64,000 nt of DNA from Candidatus Eiseniibacteriota bacterium (GTDB lineage: Bacteria > Eisenbacteria > RBG-16-71-46): NCBI GenBank assembly GCA_016178725.1, contig JACOSV010000026.1, positions 21,965 to 85,964 of the forward strand, read 5' to 3'. Within the stretch, counting starts at the first letter, position 1. Each line of letters opens with the position of its first letter. The position numbers were made by a program, and so were the translations under genes. The notes beneath the pieces were generated by a model. It worked only from the letters and a program-made list of their open reading frames with translations. It searched no databases and had not been told where the DNA came from. Below are positions 9,138-18,508 of this stretch, one piece after another.

Positions 9138-10106
9138 GTGCCCGTCCATCCCGATCGTCCGATCGCCATCTACCACGAGCATCCCGACTGGTTCCGCCCG
9201 CTGTTCTCCGAGCTCGAGCGCCGCGGCACGCCGTACGTGCGGCTCGACGCGACCAGCCACCGCTACGACGCCGCGGCGCCGCGCCCGCCGTACGCGCTGG
9301 TCTTCAACCGCATGAGCCCGTCGGCGTGGACGCGCGGCCACGGCCACGGGATCTTCTACACGCTCCAGTACCTCGAGCACCTCGAGCGCCTCGGCGTGCG
9401 CGTCGTCAACGGCGCGCGCGCGTTCCTCACCGAGATCTCGAAGGCGCGCCAGCTCTCGCTGCTCGAGCGGCTCGGGCTGCCGTATCCGCGCGCCCGCGTG
9501 ATCCACGATCCGCGCCACGCCCCGGCGGCGGCGCAGGGGCTGCGCTTCCCGATCGTCGTCAAGCCCAACATCGGCGGCAGCGGTGCCGGCGTGCGCCGCT
9601 TCGACGACGCCGAGGCGCTGCGCGCCGCGGCCGAGGACCGCGTGTGGAGCCTCGGCATCGACGGCACCGGGCTCGTGCAGGAGTTCATCCCCGCCGAGGA
9701 GGGACGGATCGTGCGCGTCGAGGTGCTCGGCGGCCGCTACCTCTACGCGATCCGCGTCTACACGAACGGCGAGAGCTTCGATCTCTGCCCGGCGGACATC
9801 TGCCGCGGCTTGGACGGCGCCGAGCTCGAGCGCAGCGCGTGCCCGGTGGACGCGCCGAAGAACGGCCTGCGCGTCGAGGCGTACGAGCCGCCGGCCGCGA
9901 TCGTCGCCGACGTCGAGCGCATCACCGCCGCGGCCGGGATCGACGTGGGCGGCGTCGAGTACGTCGTGGACGCGCGCGACGGCGGACATCGGTTCTACGA
10001 CGTGAATGCGCTCTCCAACTTCGTCGCCGACTCGCCGCGGGTCGTCGGCTTCGACGCCCATGCACGGCTCGCGGACTGGCTCGAAGCGGAGGCGAGCGCG
10101 TCATGA
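9138..10106 (+). CDS. ATP-grasp domain protein (RimK/glutathione-synthetase-like ligase).
   Basis: GTG start with an upstream GGAAAGG. ATP-grasp core: FPIVVKPNIGGSGAGV...GLVQEFIP...RVEVLGGRYLYAIRV. The stop overlaps the next start as ATGA. Confidence 0.65.
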   Translation: MPVHPDRPIAIYHEHPDWFRPLFSELERRGTPYVRLDATSHRYDAAAPRPPYALVFNRMSPSAWTRGHGHGIFYTLQYLEHLERLGVRVVNGARAFLTEISKARQLSLLERLGLPYPRARVIHDPRHAPAAAQGLRFPIVVKPNIGGSGAGVRRFDDAEALRAAAEDRVWSLGIDGTGLVQEFIPAEEGRIVRVEVLGGRYLYAIRVYTNGESFDLCPADICRGLDGAELERSACPVDAPKNGLRVEAYEPPAAIVADVERITAAAGIDVGGVEYVVDARDGGHRFYDVNALSNFVADSPRVVGFDAHARLADWLEAEASAS

Positions 10107-11212
10107 GATTCGGATACTGGCTACCCGTGTTCGGCGGCTGGCTGCGCAACGTGCCCGACGAGGGCATGGAGGCGAGCTGGGCCTACGTGAGCCGGCTCGC
10201 GCGGAGGAGCGAGGCCATCGGCTTCGATCTCACGCTGGTCGCCGAGCTGAACCTGAACGACATCAAGGGCGTGGACGCGCCGTCGCTCGACGCGTGGTCC
10301 ACGGCCGCGGCGCTCGCGGCCGTGACCGAGCGGCTCGAGATCATGGTCGCCGTGCGGCCGACGTTCCATCCGCCGGCGCTGCTCGCCAAGCAGACCGCGA
10401 GCCTCGACCAGTTGAGCGGCGGGCGCATCACGCTCAACGTAGTCTCGTCGTGGTGGGAGGACGAGGCGCGGCAGTACGGCGTCGAGTTCGACGCTCACGA
10501 TGCGCGCTACGCGCGCACCGCCGAGTGGCTGACGGTGGTCTCGGGCATGTGGAACGAGGCGAAGTTCAGCTTCAGCGGCCGCTACTACAAGGTCGAGGGT
10601 GCGGTGCTCGAGCCCAAGCCGCGCCGCTGGCCGCGGCCGACGCTCTACGCCGGCGGCGAGTCCGAGGCGGCGAAGGAGCTGATCGCGCGCTCGTGCGACG
10701 CGTACCTGATGCACGGCGATTCACCGGAGCGCGTCGCGGCGAAGGTCGCCGACCTCTCGGCGCGGCGCGCGCGCTGGGGGCTGCCGCCGATGCGCTTCGG
10801 CGTCGCGGGCTACGTCGTGTGCCGCGACAACGAGGACGAGGCGCGCGCCGAGGTCGCGCGCATCACGACGCTCAAGCCCGGAGCGCCCGGGTTCGAGAAC
10901 TTCGGCCAGTGGGTCAACGGCACGCAGCTCGAGCAGCGGCTCAAGCTCGAGGACTACTCGGTCTCGAATCGCGGCCTGCGCTCGGGGCTGATCGGCACGC
11001 CGGAGCAGATCGCGGCGCGCGTGCGTGCGTTCGAAGCCGCGGGCGTCGAGCTGCTGCTGCTCCAGTTCAGCCCGCAGGCCGAGGAGATGGAGCGGTTCGC
11101 GGCGGAGGTGATCCCGCTATGCGGTGCGGCGGAGCCGAGCGTGACGCTCGAACCGGCGGGCGAGAGCGCGGCGGCGGCGGAGCGGAACGCAACGGCTGCG
11201 GCGTCGGCCTAG
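10104..11212 (+). CDS. LLM-class flavin-dependent monooxygenase (luciferase-like; SsuD/SfnG-like).
   Basis: MRFGYWLPVFGGW...LTLVAELNLN...RITLNVVSSWWEDEARQYG...YAGGESEAAKELIA. Translationally coupled to the ATP-grasp gene. Confidence 0.8.
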
Positions 11213-11448
11213 GTTTTGTTCCCCGGCTGTTCGTCGCCGTCGCTCGAGTCGTTCGTCACGTCCTCGGCGGGCGTCCAGCCGTCACCCGGCAGCAGGATGT
11301 CGGCGTGTCCGGTCATGCGCTGGATGCGCACCGGATACGTGTCGTTGCCGATCGTGATGTGGTCGTAGCGCCACTGGGTCGGCCACACGAACGCGGCGAA
11401 CGCCGCGATCAGCGCGAGTACCAGCAGCGCCGCGAAGAAACGCGACAC
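11209..11448 (-). CDS. Possible small single-pass membrane protein, ~80 aa, hypothetical.
   Basis: GTG start. Hydrophobic segment FFAALLVLALIAAFAAFVW, then an acidic tail. Lies downstream of the S9 peptidase on the same strand. Its stop overlaps the monooxygenase stop within the palindrome CCTAGG. Alternatively this is a frame artefact. Confidence 0.25.
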   Translation of the reverse strand: MSRFFAALLVLALIAAFAAFVWPTQWRYDHITIGNDTYPVRIQRMTGHADILLPGDGWTPAEDVTNDSSDGDEQPGNKT

Positions 11449-11534
11449 CGTGGCCGCCGCGCTGCCGCCGCCGCCGGTCGCGCCCGCCGTTGCGCCGGCC
11501 GCGCTCGTCGCCGCGTCCGTCGCGGGCGCCGCGG

Positions 11535-13547
11535 CTAGCGGATCCACTTGTCGAACCAGGCGAGCGTGCGCGTCCAGCGATCCCAGAGGTGCCGGTACTC
11601 GCGGTAGCCATGCGGCTCGCGCGGATAGTGGACGAACTCGGTCGGCACGCCGAGTGCCAGCAGCGAGCGGTAGAGCTCCTGCCCCTGCGGGAACGGGACG
11701 CGCACGTCCTGATCGCCGGAGAACACGATCGTCGGCGTCTTGACGCGCGCGACGTAGGTGATGGGCGAGGCGCGCTCCCAGTTCGCGCGCGATTCCCACG
11801 GTCGGCCACTGAAGTCCCACGCGCGGTACTGCTGGATGTCGCTCTGCGCCCAGTGTGCGGCGAGGTCCACCGCGCCGGCGCTCACCATCGCGGCGCGGAA
11901 GCGGTCGGTCTGCGTGATCGCCCACGCCGAGAGATAGCCGCCGTACGAGTGCCCGTACACGCCGAGACGCTTGCCGTCGACGAGGCCGCGCGCGATCAGC
12001 GAATCGAGGCCGCTCGTCACGTCGCGCCAGTCCTGCCCGCCCCAGTCCGCGCGCTGCCGCAGCAGGAACGCGACACCGTAGCCGTCGCTCGAGCGGAAGT
12101 TGGGCATGAAGATCTGATAGCCGTGCGCGGCGTAGAACTGCGGCACCGGCTGGAACGCGTTGGTGAACCGCGAGCCGTACGGACCGCCGTGGAGCAGGAC
12201 CAGCGTCTTGAGCGGCGCGCTCGCCGGGGCGTCGGGCGGCCGCACGAGCAGGCCCTCGACGCGCACGCCGTCGCTGCTCGTCCATTCGACCGCGCGCGTC
12301 GCGGCGAGATGCAGCGCCGCGACGGCGGCGTGAATCGTGGTCACCGGCCGGCCGGGATCGCTCACACGATCGGCGACCACGACCTCGGCGGGATGGAGCG
12401 GATCGGACTGGATCCACGCGACCGCGCCCGACGCGGCGCGCACCGGCGGACCGGCGTCGGCGCCGCGATCGAGCACCGTGCGCACCGCGCCGCCCGCGCG
12501 CGGCACGACCGCGAGCGCCGTGCTCACGCCGTGCGCGTAGTGGAAGTAGAGACTGTCGGAATGGGCACTCCACATCGGCGCGCCGGCGTCGTCGTCGAAC
12601 GCCGCGGTGAGGTTGACCGGCGCCCCGCCCGCCGCCGCGACCACGCGCACGTCGGCCTTCTGGACGAACGCCTTGCGGTCGCCGCCGCCGGAGAGCGCGA
12701 TCCAGCGTCCGTCGGGCGACCACGCGAACGTGCCGTTGCCGATGACGCCGAGCCGACGCATCGCGCCGCCGTCCACGCTCACGATGCCCAGGTCGGTCTG
12801 ATTCTCGTCGTCCGGCTTGCCGCTCGGGCTCGTGAGGAACGCGATCGCGCGCGAGTCGGGCGACCAGCGCGCGTTCCAGATCCACTGCGCGCCGGAGGTG
12901 AGCCGGCGCTTGCGGCCGGTCGCGACCTCGATCACCCAGAGGTGCGGGTACTGGAGCCGCTCGTCCTCGATCGTCTGGTCCCATTTCTTCTTGCGCCAGT
13001 CCTTGATCTGCTTGGACAGCGTGTCGGTCATCACGTACGCGAGGTAGCGGCCGTCGGGTGACCACGCGACCTCGCCGACGCCGTCGTCGTACGTGCCGAA
13101 CGCCCACGGCTCGCCGCCCTCGAGCGACAGCATGTAGATCGCGGGCTTCGCGTCGTCGCCCGCGGCGCGCGTGGCGACGAAGGCGATCGTGTCGCCGCCG
13201 GGCGAGAACGTCGGGCTGAAGTCGTTCTTCGGATGGCGCGTGAGCCGGAGCGCGCGGCGCGTGTCGCGGTCGTAGAACCAGAGGTCATGGTTCTGCGCCG
13301 TCTCGGCGGTGTCGATCGAGGTGACGACGAACGCGAGGTGCCGCCCGTCGCGCGACCACGTGAGGCCCGAGATCGCTTCGAGCGTCAGCGCGTGCTCGAG
13401 CGTGTAGGCGGAAGCGGACGGAATCGCGGCCGGCGACGTGGCGGGGCGCGCGGTGGTGCCGCCGGATGCGGGCGCGGATGCCGACACGCGCGGCGTGGCG
13501 GCGGCGAAGGCGAGGGCGATCAGGATCGCGGGAATGCGCGTCATCGG
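11535..13547 (-). CDS. S9-family serine peptidase (prolyl oligopeptidase/acylaminoacyl-peptidase-like) with an N-terminal TolB-like beta-propeller.
   Basis: Signal peptide MTRIPAILIALAFAAATPRVSAS. Propeller repeats WSPDGR...; catalytic GHSYGGYLSAW (GxSxGG); C-terminal Asp/His region. Confidence 0.8.
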   Translation of the reverse strand, partial: PMTRIPAILIALAFAAATPRVSASAPASGGTTARPATSPAAIPSASAYTLEHALTLEAISGLTWSRDGRHLAFVVTSIDTAETAQNHDLWFYDRDTRRALRLTRHPKNDFSPTFSPGGDTIAFVATRAAGDDAKPAIYMLSLEGGEPWAFGTYDDGVGEVAWSPDGRYLAYVMTDTLSKQIKDWRKKKWDQTIEDERLQYPHLWVIEVATGRKRRLTSGAQWIWNARWSPDSRAIAFLTSPSGKPDDENQTDLGIVSVDGGAMRRLGVIGNGTFAWSPDGRWIALSGGGDRKAFVQKADVRVVAAAGGAPVNLTAAFDDDAGAPMWSAHSDSLYFHYAHGVSTALAVVPRAGGAVRTVLDRGADAGPPVRAASGAVAWIQSDPLHPAEVVVADRVSDPGRPVTTIHAAVAALHLAATRAVEWTSSDGVRVEGLLVRPPDAPASAPLKTLVLLHGGPYGSRFTNAFQPVPQFYAAHGYQIFMPNFRSSDGYGVAFLLRQRADWGGQDWRDVTSGLDSLIARGLVDGKRLGVYGHSYGGYLSAWAITQTDRFRAAMVSAGAVDLAAHWAQSDIQQYRAWDFSGRPWESRANWERASPITYVARVKTPTIVFSGDQDVRVPFPQGQELYRSLLALGVPTEFVHYPREPHGYREYRHLWDRWTRTLAWFDKWIR

Positions 13548-13652
13548 GGCTCCAGGGTGCGGGCGGCGAACGGCGGGTGAGAGTAGCGGTCGCGGTGGCC
13601 CCGGACAATCGCCGGATCCCGGGCGCGAGGGCTCGCCCGGTCCCGGCACGGC

Positions 13653-14018
13653 TCAACGATCCGTCGTCGAGTCGTCCGCGTTCTTCTTGACCACCACGCG
13701 ATGCGCCACCGCGTGGCCGTTCTCGTCGCGGTAGTAGACCGTGACGCGTGCGTCCTTCTCGAGGTCGCCGGTGGTGCGCAGCTCGGCGTGCTTGGTGAAC
13801 ACGCGGCTCTCCGGCTTCTTGCCGCCCTTCTCGACCGTGAGCGTGGTCTTGTCGAACGCGGTCACGACCCCCGAGAACTGCCGAAGGCCGTTGCGCGACT
13901 TGCTCGACGTTCCGGCGGCCGACTTGCCCGCCGCGTGCGCCGCGGCGAGCGGCATCGCCGCGCCGGTGAGCAGCGCGAGCGTCACCGCAAGCGAAAGGAA
14001 CTTCCGTCCCTGCTTCAT
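13653..14018 (-). CDS. Small secreted protein (DUF5666-like?), hypothetical.
   Basis: GAGGTGAAGAGG then ATG. Signal peptide MKQGRKFLSLAVTLALLTGAAMPLAAAHA. Mature domain ~95 aa, Lys/Thr-rich. Confidence 0.5.
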   Translation of the reverse strand: MKQGRKFLSLAVTLALLTGAAMPLAAAHAAGKSAAGTSSKSRNGLRQFSGVVTAFDKTTLTVEKGGKKPESRVFTKHAELRTTGDLEKDARVTVYYRDENGHAVAHRVVVKKNADDSTTDR

Positions 14019-14192
14019 CCTCTTCACCTCCCTCCGTCGTTCCGAGGGCAGGGCGAGCGGCATGCTAGGAGGCGGCGCCGGGAGCGTCAAGCGTTTCGAC
14101 CGCGATCCATGCGGGTGGAAACGATGTCGCCACGATCGGCAACGGCGTGGACGCGCGTCGTCGTCGTCGCGCCGCACGCGACGAGCCGCACG

Positions 14193-14954
14193 CTACTTCG
14201 GCGGACGGCGGACGCCGAGCCGCTGCATGCGCGAGACGAGCGTCGACGGCTTGAGCCCGAGCGCCGTCGCGGCGCCGCGCGGTCCGCTGATGCGCCCCGC
14301 CGTCTCGATTAGCACGCGTTCGATCGCCTCGCGCTGGATCTCGGCGAGGGTGCGCGTCTCGCGCTCCGCGACCATCTCGGGCGCGGGCCGCGCCGTGCGT
14401 CGCACGCGCACGACCCGCTCGCGCGCCGCCCGCGATGCCGGGCCGGGCGCGGGCAGGCCGACGCCGGGAGGGAGCGCCGCTCGCGCCGCCAGTGCCAGCA
14501 GCCGCAGCTCGTCGTCGTTCAATACGCGGCGCGAGAAGAGGGCGAGGACGCCATGCGCCGACGGGCCGAGCGGCACGGCCGCGAAGCTGCGCACGCCGTG
14601 GAGCGCGAGCCATCCCGGTTCGGCGAGCCCGCGCAGCGCCTGCTCGCCGCGCTCGACGTAGGCGACGCGCTCGCTCGCGACGCGGCCGACGCGGCGCGCG
14701 CCGATCGGAAAGCGGCGGAACGGACCGTCGGTCGCGCGCGACAATCCTTCGCTGACGATCAGATGGAGGCAGCGGCGCCGGTCGGGGCACTCGCCGGCCA
14801 TTGCGCACGTCGCACAGAGATCGCCCGCGGCGATCAGCCAGATGCGGGCGAGGACCGCGTCGCAGGCTTCGAGGGATTCGCGGGCGAGGGCGGAGAGCGC
14901 CTCGCGTATGCCGGGGGCGATGTCCATGCCGGGAACCTCCATCGGCCGGGTCAC
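14193..14954 (-). CDS. Transcriptional regulator: GAF domain plus C-terminal Fis-type HTH.
   Basis: The C-terminal ATALGLKPSTLVSRMQRLGV is typical of Fis/NtrC-family HTH_8. The N-terminal GAF-like region has a Cys cluster (CATCAMAGECPDRRRC). There is no AAA+ domain. The true start may be the internal MDIAPG at ~14927. Confidence 0.55.
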   Translation of the reverse strand: MTRPMEVPGMDIAPGIREALSALARESLEACDAVLARIWLIAAGDLCATCAMAGECPDRRRCLHLIVSEGLSRATDGPFRRFPIGARRVGRVASERVAYVERGEQALRGLAEPGWLALHGVRSFAAVPLGPSAHGVLALFSRRVLNDDELRLLALAARAALPPGVGLPAPGPASRAARERVVRVRRTARPAPEMVAERETRTLAEIQREAIERVLIETAGRISGPRGAATALGLKPSTLVSRMQRLGVRRPPK

Positions 14955-15057
14955 GAGATGTCGGGACCATAGCCCGCGATATGTCGTGAGTCACGAAATA
15001 TCGTGACTTTGGCTGTGGGTCGCGCTTTTGCAACGACTTGAGCCACCGTCCGAGGGT

Positions 15058-16053
15058 ATGCTGCGCGCCGTGCTTTCATTCGCGAACGGAATCCGGATCG
15101 CCTGCATGGACGCCCCGCTCGACCCGCGCAAGCGGTGCGATCGCGCGATCGTCACGCACGCCCACTCCGACCACGTCCGCCGTCACAAGCGCTGGGTGAC
15201 GACGCCGGGGACGGCGCTCCTCTGCGCGCGGCGCTGGAACGCCGCCGACCTCGAGGTGCACGAGTTCCACGCGCCGTGGCGCGAGGGCGAGGCGACGGTG
15301 ACGCTGCTCCCGGCCGGCCACATCCTGGGCTCGGCGATGGTGCTGGTCGAGTCGCGCGGGCTCCGCTTCCTCTACACGGGCGACTTTCGCCTGCGGCCGT
15401 CGGCGACGGCCGAGCCGTGCGAACCGATCGACGCCGACGTGCTGATCACCGAGTGCACGTTCGGCGAGCCGCGCTACCGGTTCCCCGAGCGCGCCGCGGT
15501 CGTGGACGATCTCTGCACGTTCGTCGAAGAGACGCTGGCGCAGGAGGCGGCGCCGATCCTCATCGCCTATTCGCTCGGCAAGGCGCAGGAGGTCGCGCGC
15601 ATCATGGGCGACCTGTGGTATCGCGTCGCGCTCCATCCGCGCGCGTGGGCGATGCTCGAGGCGTATCGCGACCTCGGCGTCGCGTTCACGAACTGCGAGT
15701 GCTACGCGATGGGCCCGCTCGCGCGCGGCGTGCTCATCGTGCCGCCGGGGCCGGGCGGCATGGCGCTCGCGCACCGTTTCCGCCGCCGGCGTACGGCGTT
15801 CCTCTCCGGCTGGGCGCTCGCGCCGCCGGGACGCTTCGGCCGCTACGACGCGGCGTTTCCGATCAGCGACCACGCCGACTGGAGCGAGCTGCTCGAGATG
15901 GTCGAGCGCGTGCGCCCGCGGCGGATCTACACGCTCCACGGCGCCGACACGTTCGCGGCACGGCTGCGGGCGCGCGGATACGACGCGTGGCCGGCGGGCG
16001 CCGATGCCCCGTCCGTGCCGCCGGCCGAGTCGGCGCAGCTCTCGCTGCTCTAG
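15058..16053 (+). CDS. MBL-fold metallo-hydrolase, beta-CASP/ligase-associated exonuclease-like.
   Basis: HAHSDH motif, a downstream D/H (TGDFR...ITECTFGE), C-terminal ISDHADWSEL...YTLHG. ATG at 15058 preceded by CCGAGGGT. Confidence 0.6.
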   Translation: MLRAVLSFANGIRIACMDAPLDPRKRCDRAIVTHAHSDHVRRHKRWVTTPGTALLCARRWNAADLEVHEFHAPWREGEATVTLLPAGHILGSAMVLVESRGLRFLYTGDFRLRPSATAEPCEPIDADVLITECTFGEPRYRFPERAAVVDDLCTFVEETLAQEAAPILIAYSLGKAQEVARIMGDLWYRVALHPRAWAMLEAYRDLGVAFTNCECYAMGPLARGVLIVPPGPGGMALAHRFRRRRTAFLSGWALAPPGRFGRYDAAFPISDHADWSELLEMVERVRPRRIYTLHGADTFAARLRARGYDAWPAGADAPSVPPAESAQLSLL

Positions 16054-17684
16054 GGACGCACGCGCGCGAGCACCAGGCTCGGCGTGCGCGTCAGGATCTC
16101 GAGCGGCGTGCCCGCGTTCCGCGCCACGTCGCGCTCGCGCGCCGGGCGGAACGCGACGTAGGCCAGTCCGTCCGCGGCGCGATGCGCGGCGAGCGTCGCC
16201 GCGAGCGCGTCGGCGACCACGAGTTGGCGATGCGCGTAGACGCGCAGCGACGGCGGCGCGGGCTCGACCAGCACCAGCGCCGCGCGCGGCGGCGCCACCG
16301 CCGTCATCGCCTCCGCGACGCTCCGCGTGTTCAGGGAGTCCTCGATCGCGGGCAGCATCTCGAGCGCCACGACCGGAACGCCGATCGCGACCGGCATCAC
16401 GAGCAGCGCCGCGGCGATCCGGCCCCGCCCGATCAGCTCCGTGAGCAGCGGCGCCCAGCTCGTGACGAGCAGCGTCGCGCCGAGCAGCCGCAGCGCCGGC
16501 GCGCCGTCGCCGAGCCGCGCGGCGAGCACCGCGCATCCGATCGCGCCGACGCTGCCGATCAGCGCCAGCATGCGGCACGCGCCGGCGAGCGGCGCGCGCA
16601 GGCGTTGGGGTGCCTCGATGAGATGCGCGACGAAGCGCCCGCAGAGGAGCGCTGCCGCCGGCAGCGCCGGCAGCGCGGCCGAGAGCGGCGGGCGGGGATA
16701 GATCGCGATCGGCACGAGCGCCGCGGCGAGGCAGGCGATGAAGAAGTGCGCCGCGCTCTCCTCGCGGCGCTCGATCGTCGCCGGATCGACGGCGTGCGCG
16801 GCTCCGGGCGCGGCGCCCGTCCCAGGGCGGCGCGCCGCGCGCCATCCCATCGCGGCGTGGAGCGCCGCCGCCGGGAGCAGCGCGCTCCACGGGAACGCGG
16901 CGACGATCAGGAATCCCATCGCGAGCGGCACGCCCGCGAACCATGGGCCGCGCGGCTGGGTGCCGTACGGGAAGAACGGCGCGTGGGCGAGGAACGGCGC
17001 GCCGTGGATGCCGGCCATCGCGCCGTACCACGGCAGCGCGAAGCCGATCACGATCGCGAGGCCGGCGAGCGGACGCACCGCGCGCCAGCCGCCTTCGGGC
17101 CGCGCGAGCCGGAGGTAGAGCGCGAGCCCCGCGACCGGCCACGTCGCGGGCAAGGGGCCCGCGATCACGAGCGCCGCGCCGAGCGCGCCGTACGCGGTGA
17201 CGAGCCGCAGGTCGCGGCCTGCGCGGCGGCCGAACAGCGCGTCGGCGTAGCCGGCGCATCCAACCCACGCGAGCAGCGTCGCCAGGACCTGCGTGCCGTC
17301 GGTGCGCGCGGCGAACGGCAGGCCGAGCATCGTCACCAGCGCCGCGGCGGCGCACCAGCCGGCGCGCGCGCCGAAGTGCCGCGCCGCGATCGAGCCGGTG
17401 AGCAGCACCAGCGCCAGTGCCGCGATCGCGCGCACCGCGCGCGCCGGGCCGGCGGACGTGGGGCTCATCCAGCGGCCGAGCGCTTCCAGCGCGTAGCCGA
17501 GCACCGGCTTCTCGAAGCGCGGCTCGTGCGCGTCGAGCGGCGTCAGTACTTCGCGGCGCTCGATCAGTTCGCGCGCGACCTCGTTGTCGCGCGCCTCGCC
17601 CTCGTCGGTGAATCCGACATGGCCGAGCCCCGTGAACAGGACCGCCGCGCACAGCACGGCCAGCGCGAGCGGGGCGAAGCGCAT
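16050..17684 (-). CDS. Membrane glycosyltransferase, ArnT/PMT-like (GT39/GT83 family), ~11-13 TM.
   Basis: MRFAPLALAVLCAAVLF...TDEGEARDNEVAREL matches the D-E loop-1 motif of ArnT/PMT glycosyltransferases. Multiple TM helices. The upstream part of the long ORF is Arg/Ser-rich junk. Confidence 0.6.
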   Translation of the reverse strand: MRFAPLALAVLCAAVLFTGLGHVGFTDEGEARDNEVARELIERREVLTPLDAHEPRFEKPVLGYALEALGRWMSPTSAGPARAVRAIAALALVLLTGSIAARHFGARAGWCAAAALVTMLGLPFAARTDGTQVLATLLAWVGCAGYADALFGRRAGRDLRLVTAYGALGAALVIAGPLPATWPVAGLALYLRLARPEGGWRAVRPLAGLAIVIGFALPWYGAMAGIHGAPFLAHAPFFPYGTQPRGPWFAGVPLAMGFLIVAAFPWSALLPAAALHAAMGWRAARRPGTGAAPGAAHAVDPATIERREESAAHFFIACLAAALVPIAIYPRPPLSAALPALPAAALLCGRFVAHLIEAPQRLRAPLAGACRMLALIGSVGAIGCAVLAARLGDGAPALRLLGATLLVTSWAPLLTELIGRGRIAAALLVMPVAIGVPVVALEMLPAIEDSLNTRSVAEAMTAVAPPRAALVLVEPAPPSLRVYAHRQLVVADALAATLAAHRAADGLAYVAFRPARERDVARNAGTPLEILTRTPSLVLARVRP

Positions 17685-17733
17685 GGCGCGACGGTAGCAG
17701 AGTCGCGACGCGCCGATTAGACTCGCGGCACCC

Positions 17734-18426
17734 ATGACCGACCGCGCTCCGATCGCGGCCGACGCGTTCCGCCATCGCTTCGTCGCGGGATCCGATCCGG
17801 CGCGTCCGCCGCTCCTCCTGCTCCACGGCACCGGCGGCAACGAGGACGACCTGCTGTCGCTCGGCGAGATGCTGGCACCCGGCGCGGCGCTGCTCGCGCC
17901 GCGCGGCCAGGTGATCGAGCACGGCATGCCGCGCTTCTTCCGTCGCTTCGCCGAGGGCGTGTTCGACGTCGAGGACCTCGAGCGCCGCGCGCACGAGCTC
18001 GCCGACTGGACGCCGGTGGCGCTCGCGCATCACGGCCTCGCCGGCCGGCGGCCGATCGCGGTCGGGTTCTCGAACGGCGCCAACATCGCCGCGGCGATCC
18101 TGCTGCTCCGCCCCGAGACGCTGGCGGGCGCGGCGCTGCTGCGCGCGACGCTGCCGTTCGAGCGCCGCGTGACCGACTTGGATCGCGGCGCCGATCGCGG
18201 CGCCGATCGCGGCGCCGATCTCGCCGGTCGCCCCGTGCTGATTGCATCCGGCCGCGGCGATCCGCACGTGCGCGCCGCGGACGCCGAGCGGCTCGCAACG
18301 GTGCTCGGCGAGGCCGGCGCGATCGTCACCCGGCACTGGAGCGAGGGCGGCCACGCGCTGACGCCGGGCGACGTCGCGGCAACGCGCGACTGGCTGGCCC
18401 GCGCGAAGGGTTTGACGCCCTCCTGA
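17734..18426 (+). CDS. Alpha/beta-hydrolase: phospholipase/carboxylesterase-family esterase.
   Basis: LLLLHGTGGNEDDL, nucleophile elbow GFSNGAN, C-terminal His. Contains a DRGA x3 tandem repeat. Confidence 0.7.
   Translation: MTDRAPIAADAFRHRFVAGSDPARPPLLLLHGTGGNEDDLLSLGEMLAPGAALLAPRGQVIEHGMPRFFRRFAEGVFDVEDLERRAHELADWTPVALAHHGLAGRRPIAVGFSNGANIAAAILLLRPETLAGAALLRATLPFERRVTDLDRGADRGADRGADLAGRPVLIASGRGDPHVRAADAERLATVLGEAGAIVTRHWSEGGHALTPGDVAATRDWLARAKGLTPS
18181..18225 (+). repeat. 12-bp tandem repeat GATCGCGGCGCC x3.6 inside the esterase coding sequence.
   Basis: gatcgcggcgcc gatcgcggcgcc gatcgcggcgcc gatctcgcc, encoding DRGA-DRGA-DRGA-DLA in a surface loop. Confidence 0.8.
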
Positions 18427-18508
18427 CCTGCCCGTAGAATTCGCCGGACATCAGTCTCCCATCCCGCGCCCCCGATTCCGCCGGGGCATCATCCGGACCT
18501 CGACAGGC

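Noticed and set aside
11206-11212. Convergent stop codons of the monooxygenase and the small minus-strand ORF share the palindrome CCTAGG; I considered a programmed overlap.
   Set aside because: Most likely coincidental; the small ORF is itself low-confidence.
15076-18354. 1092-aa ORF on the minus strand, plus similarly long overlapping ORFs: 15135..17720 +, 18326..22009 -, 21972..25982 +, 21991..25056 -, 3950..6268 +, 144..2060 -.
   Set aside because: Their translations are Arg/Ala/Gly/Pro-dominated with no motifs. They are antisense or off-frame to genes that do show clear domain signatures. This is the typical stop-codon-poor frame artefact of ~70% GC DNA.
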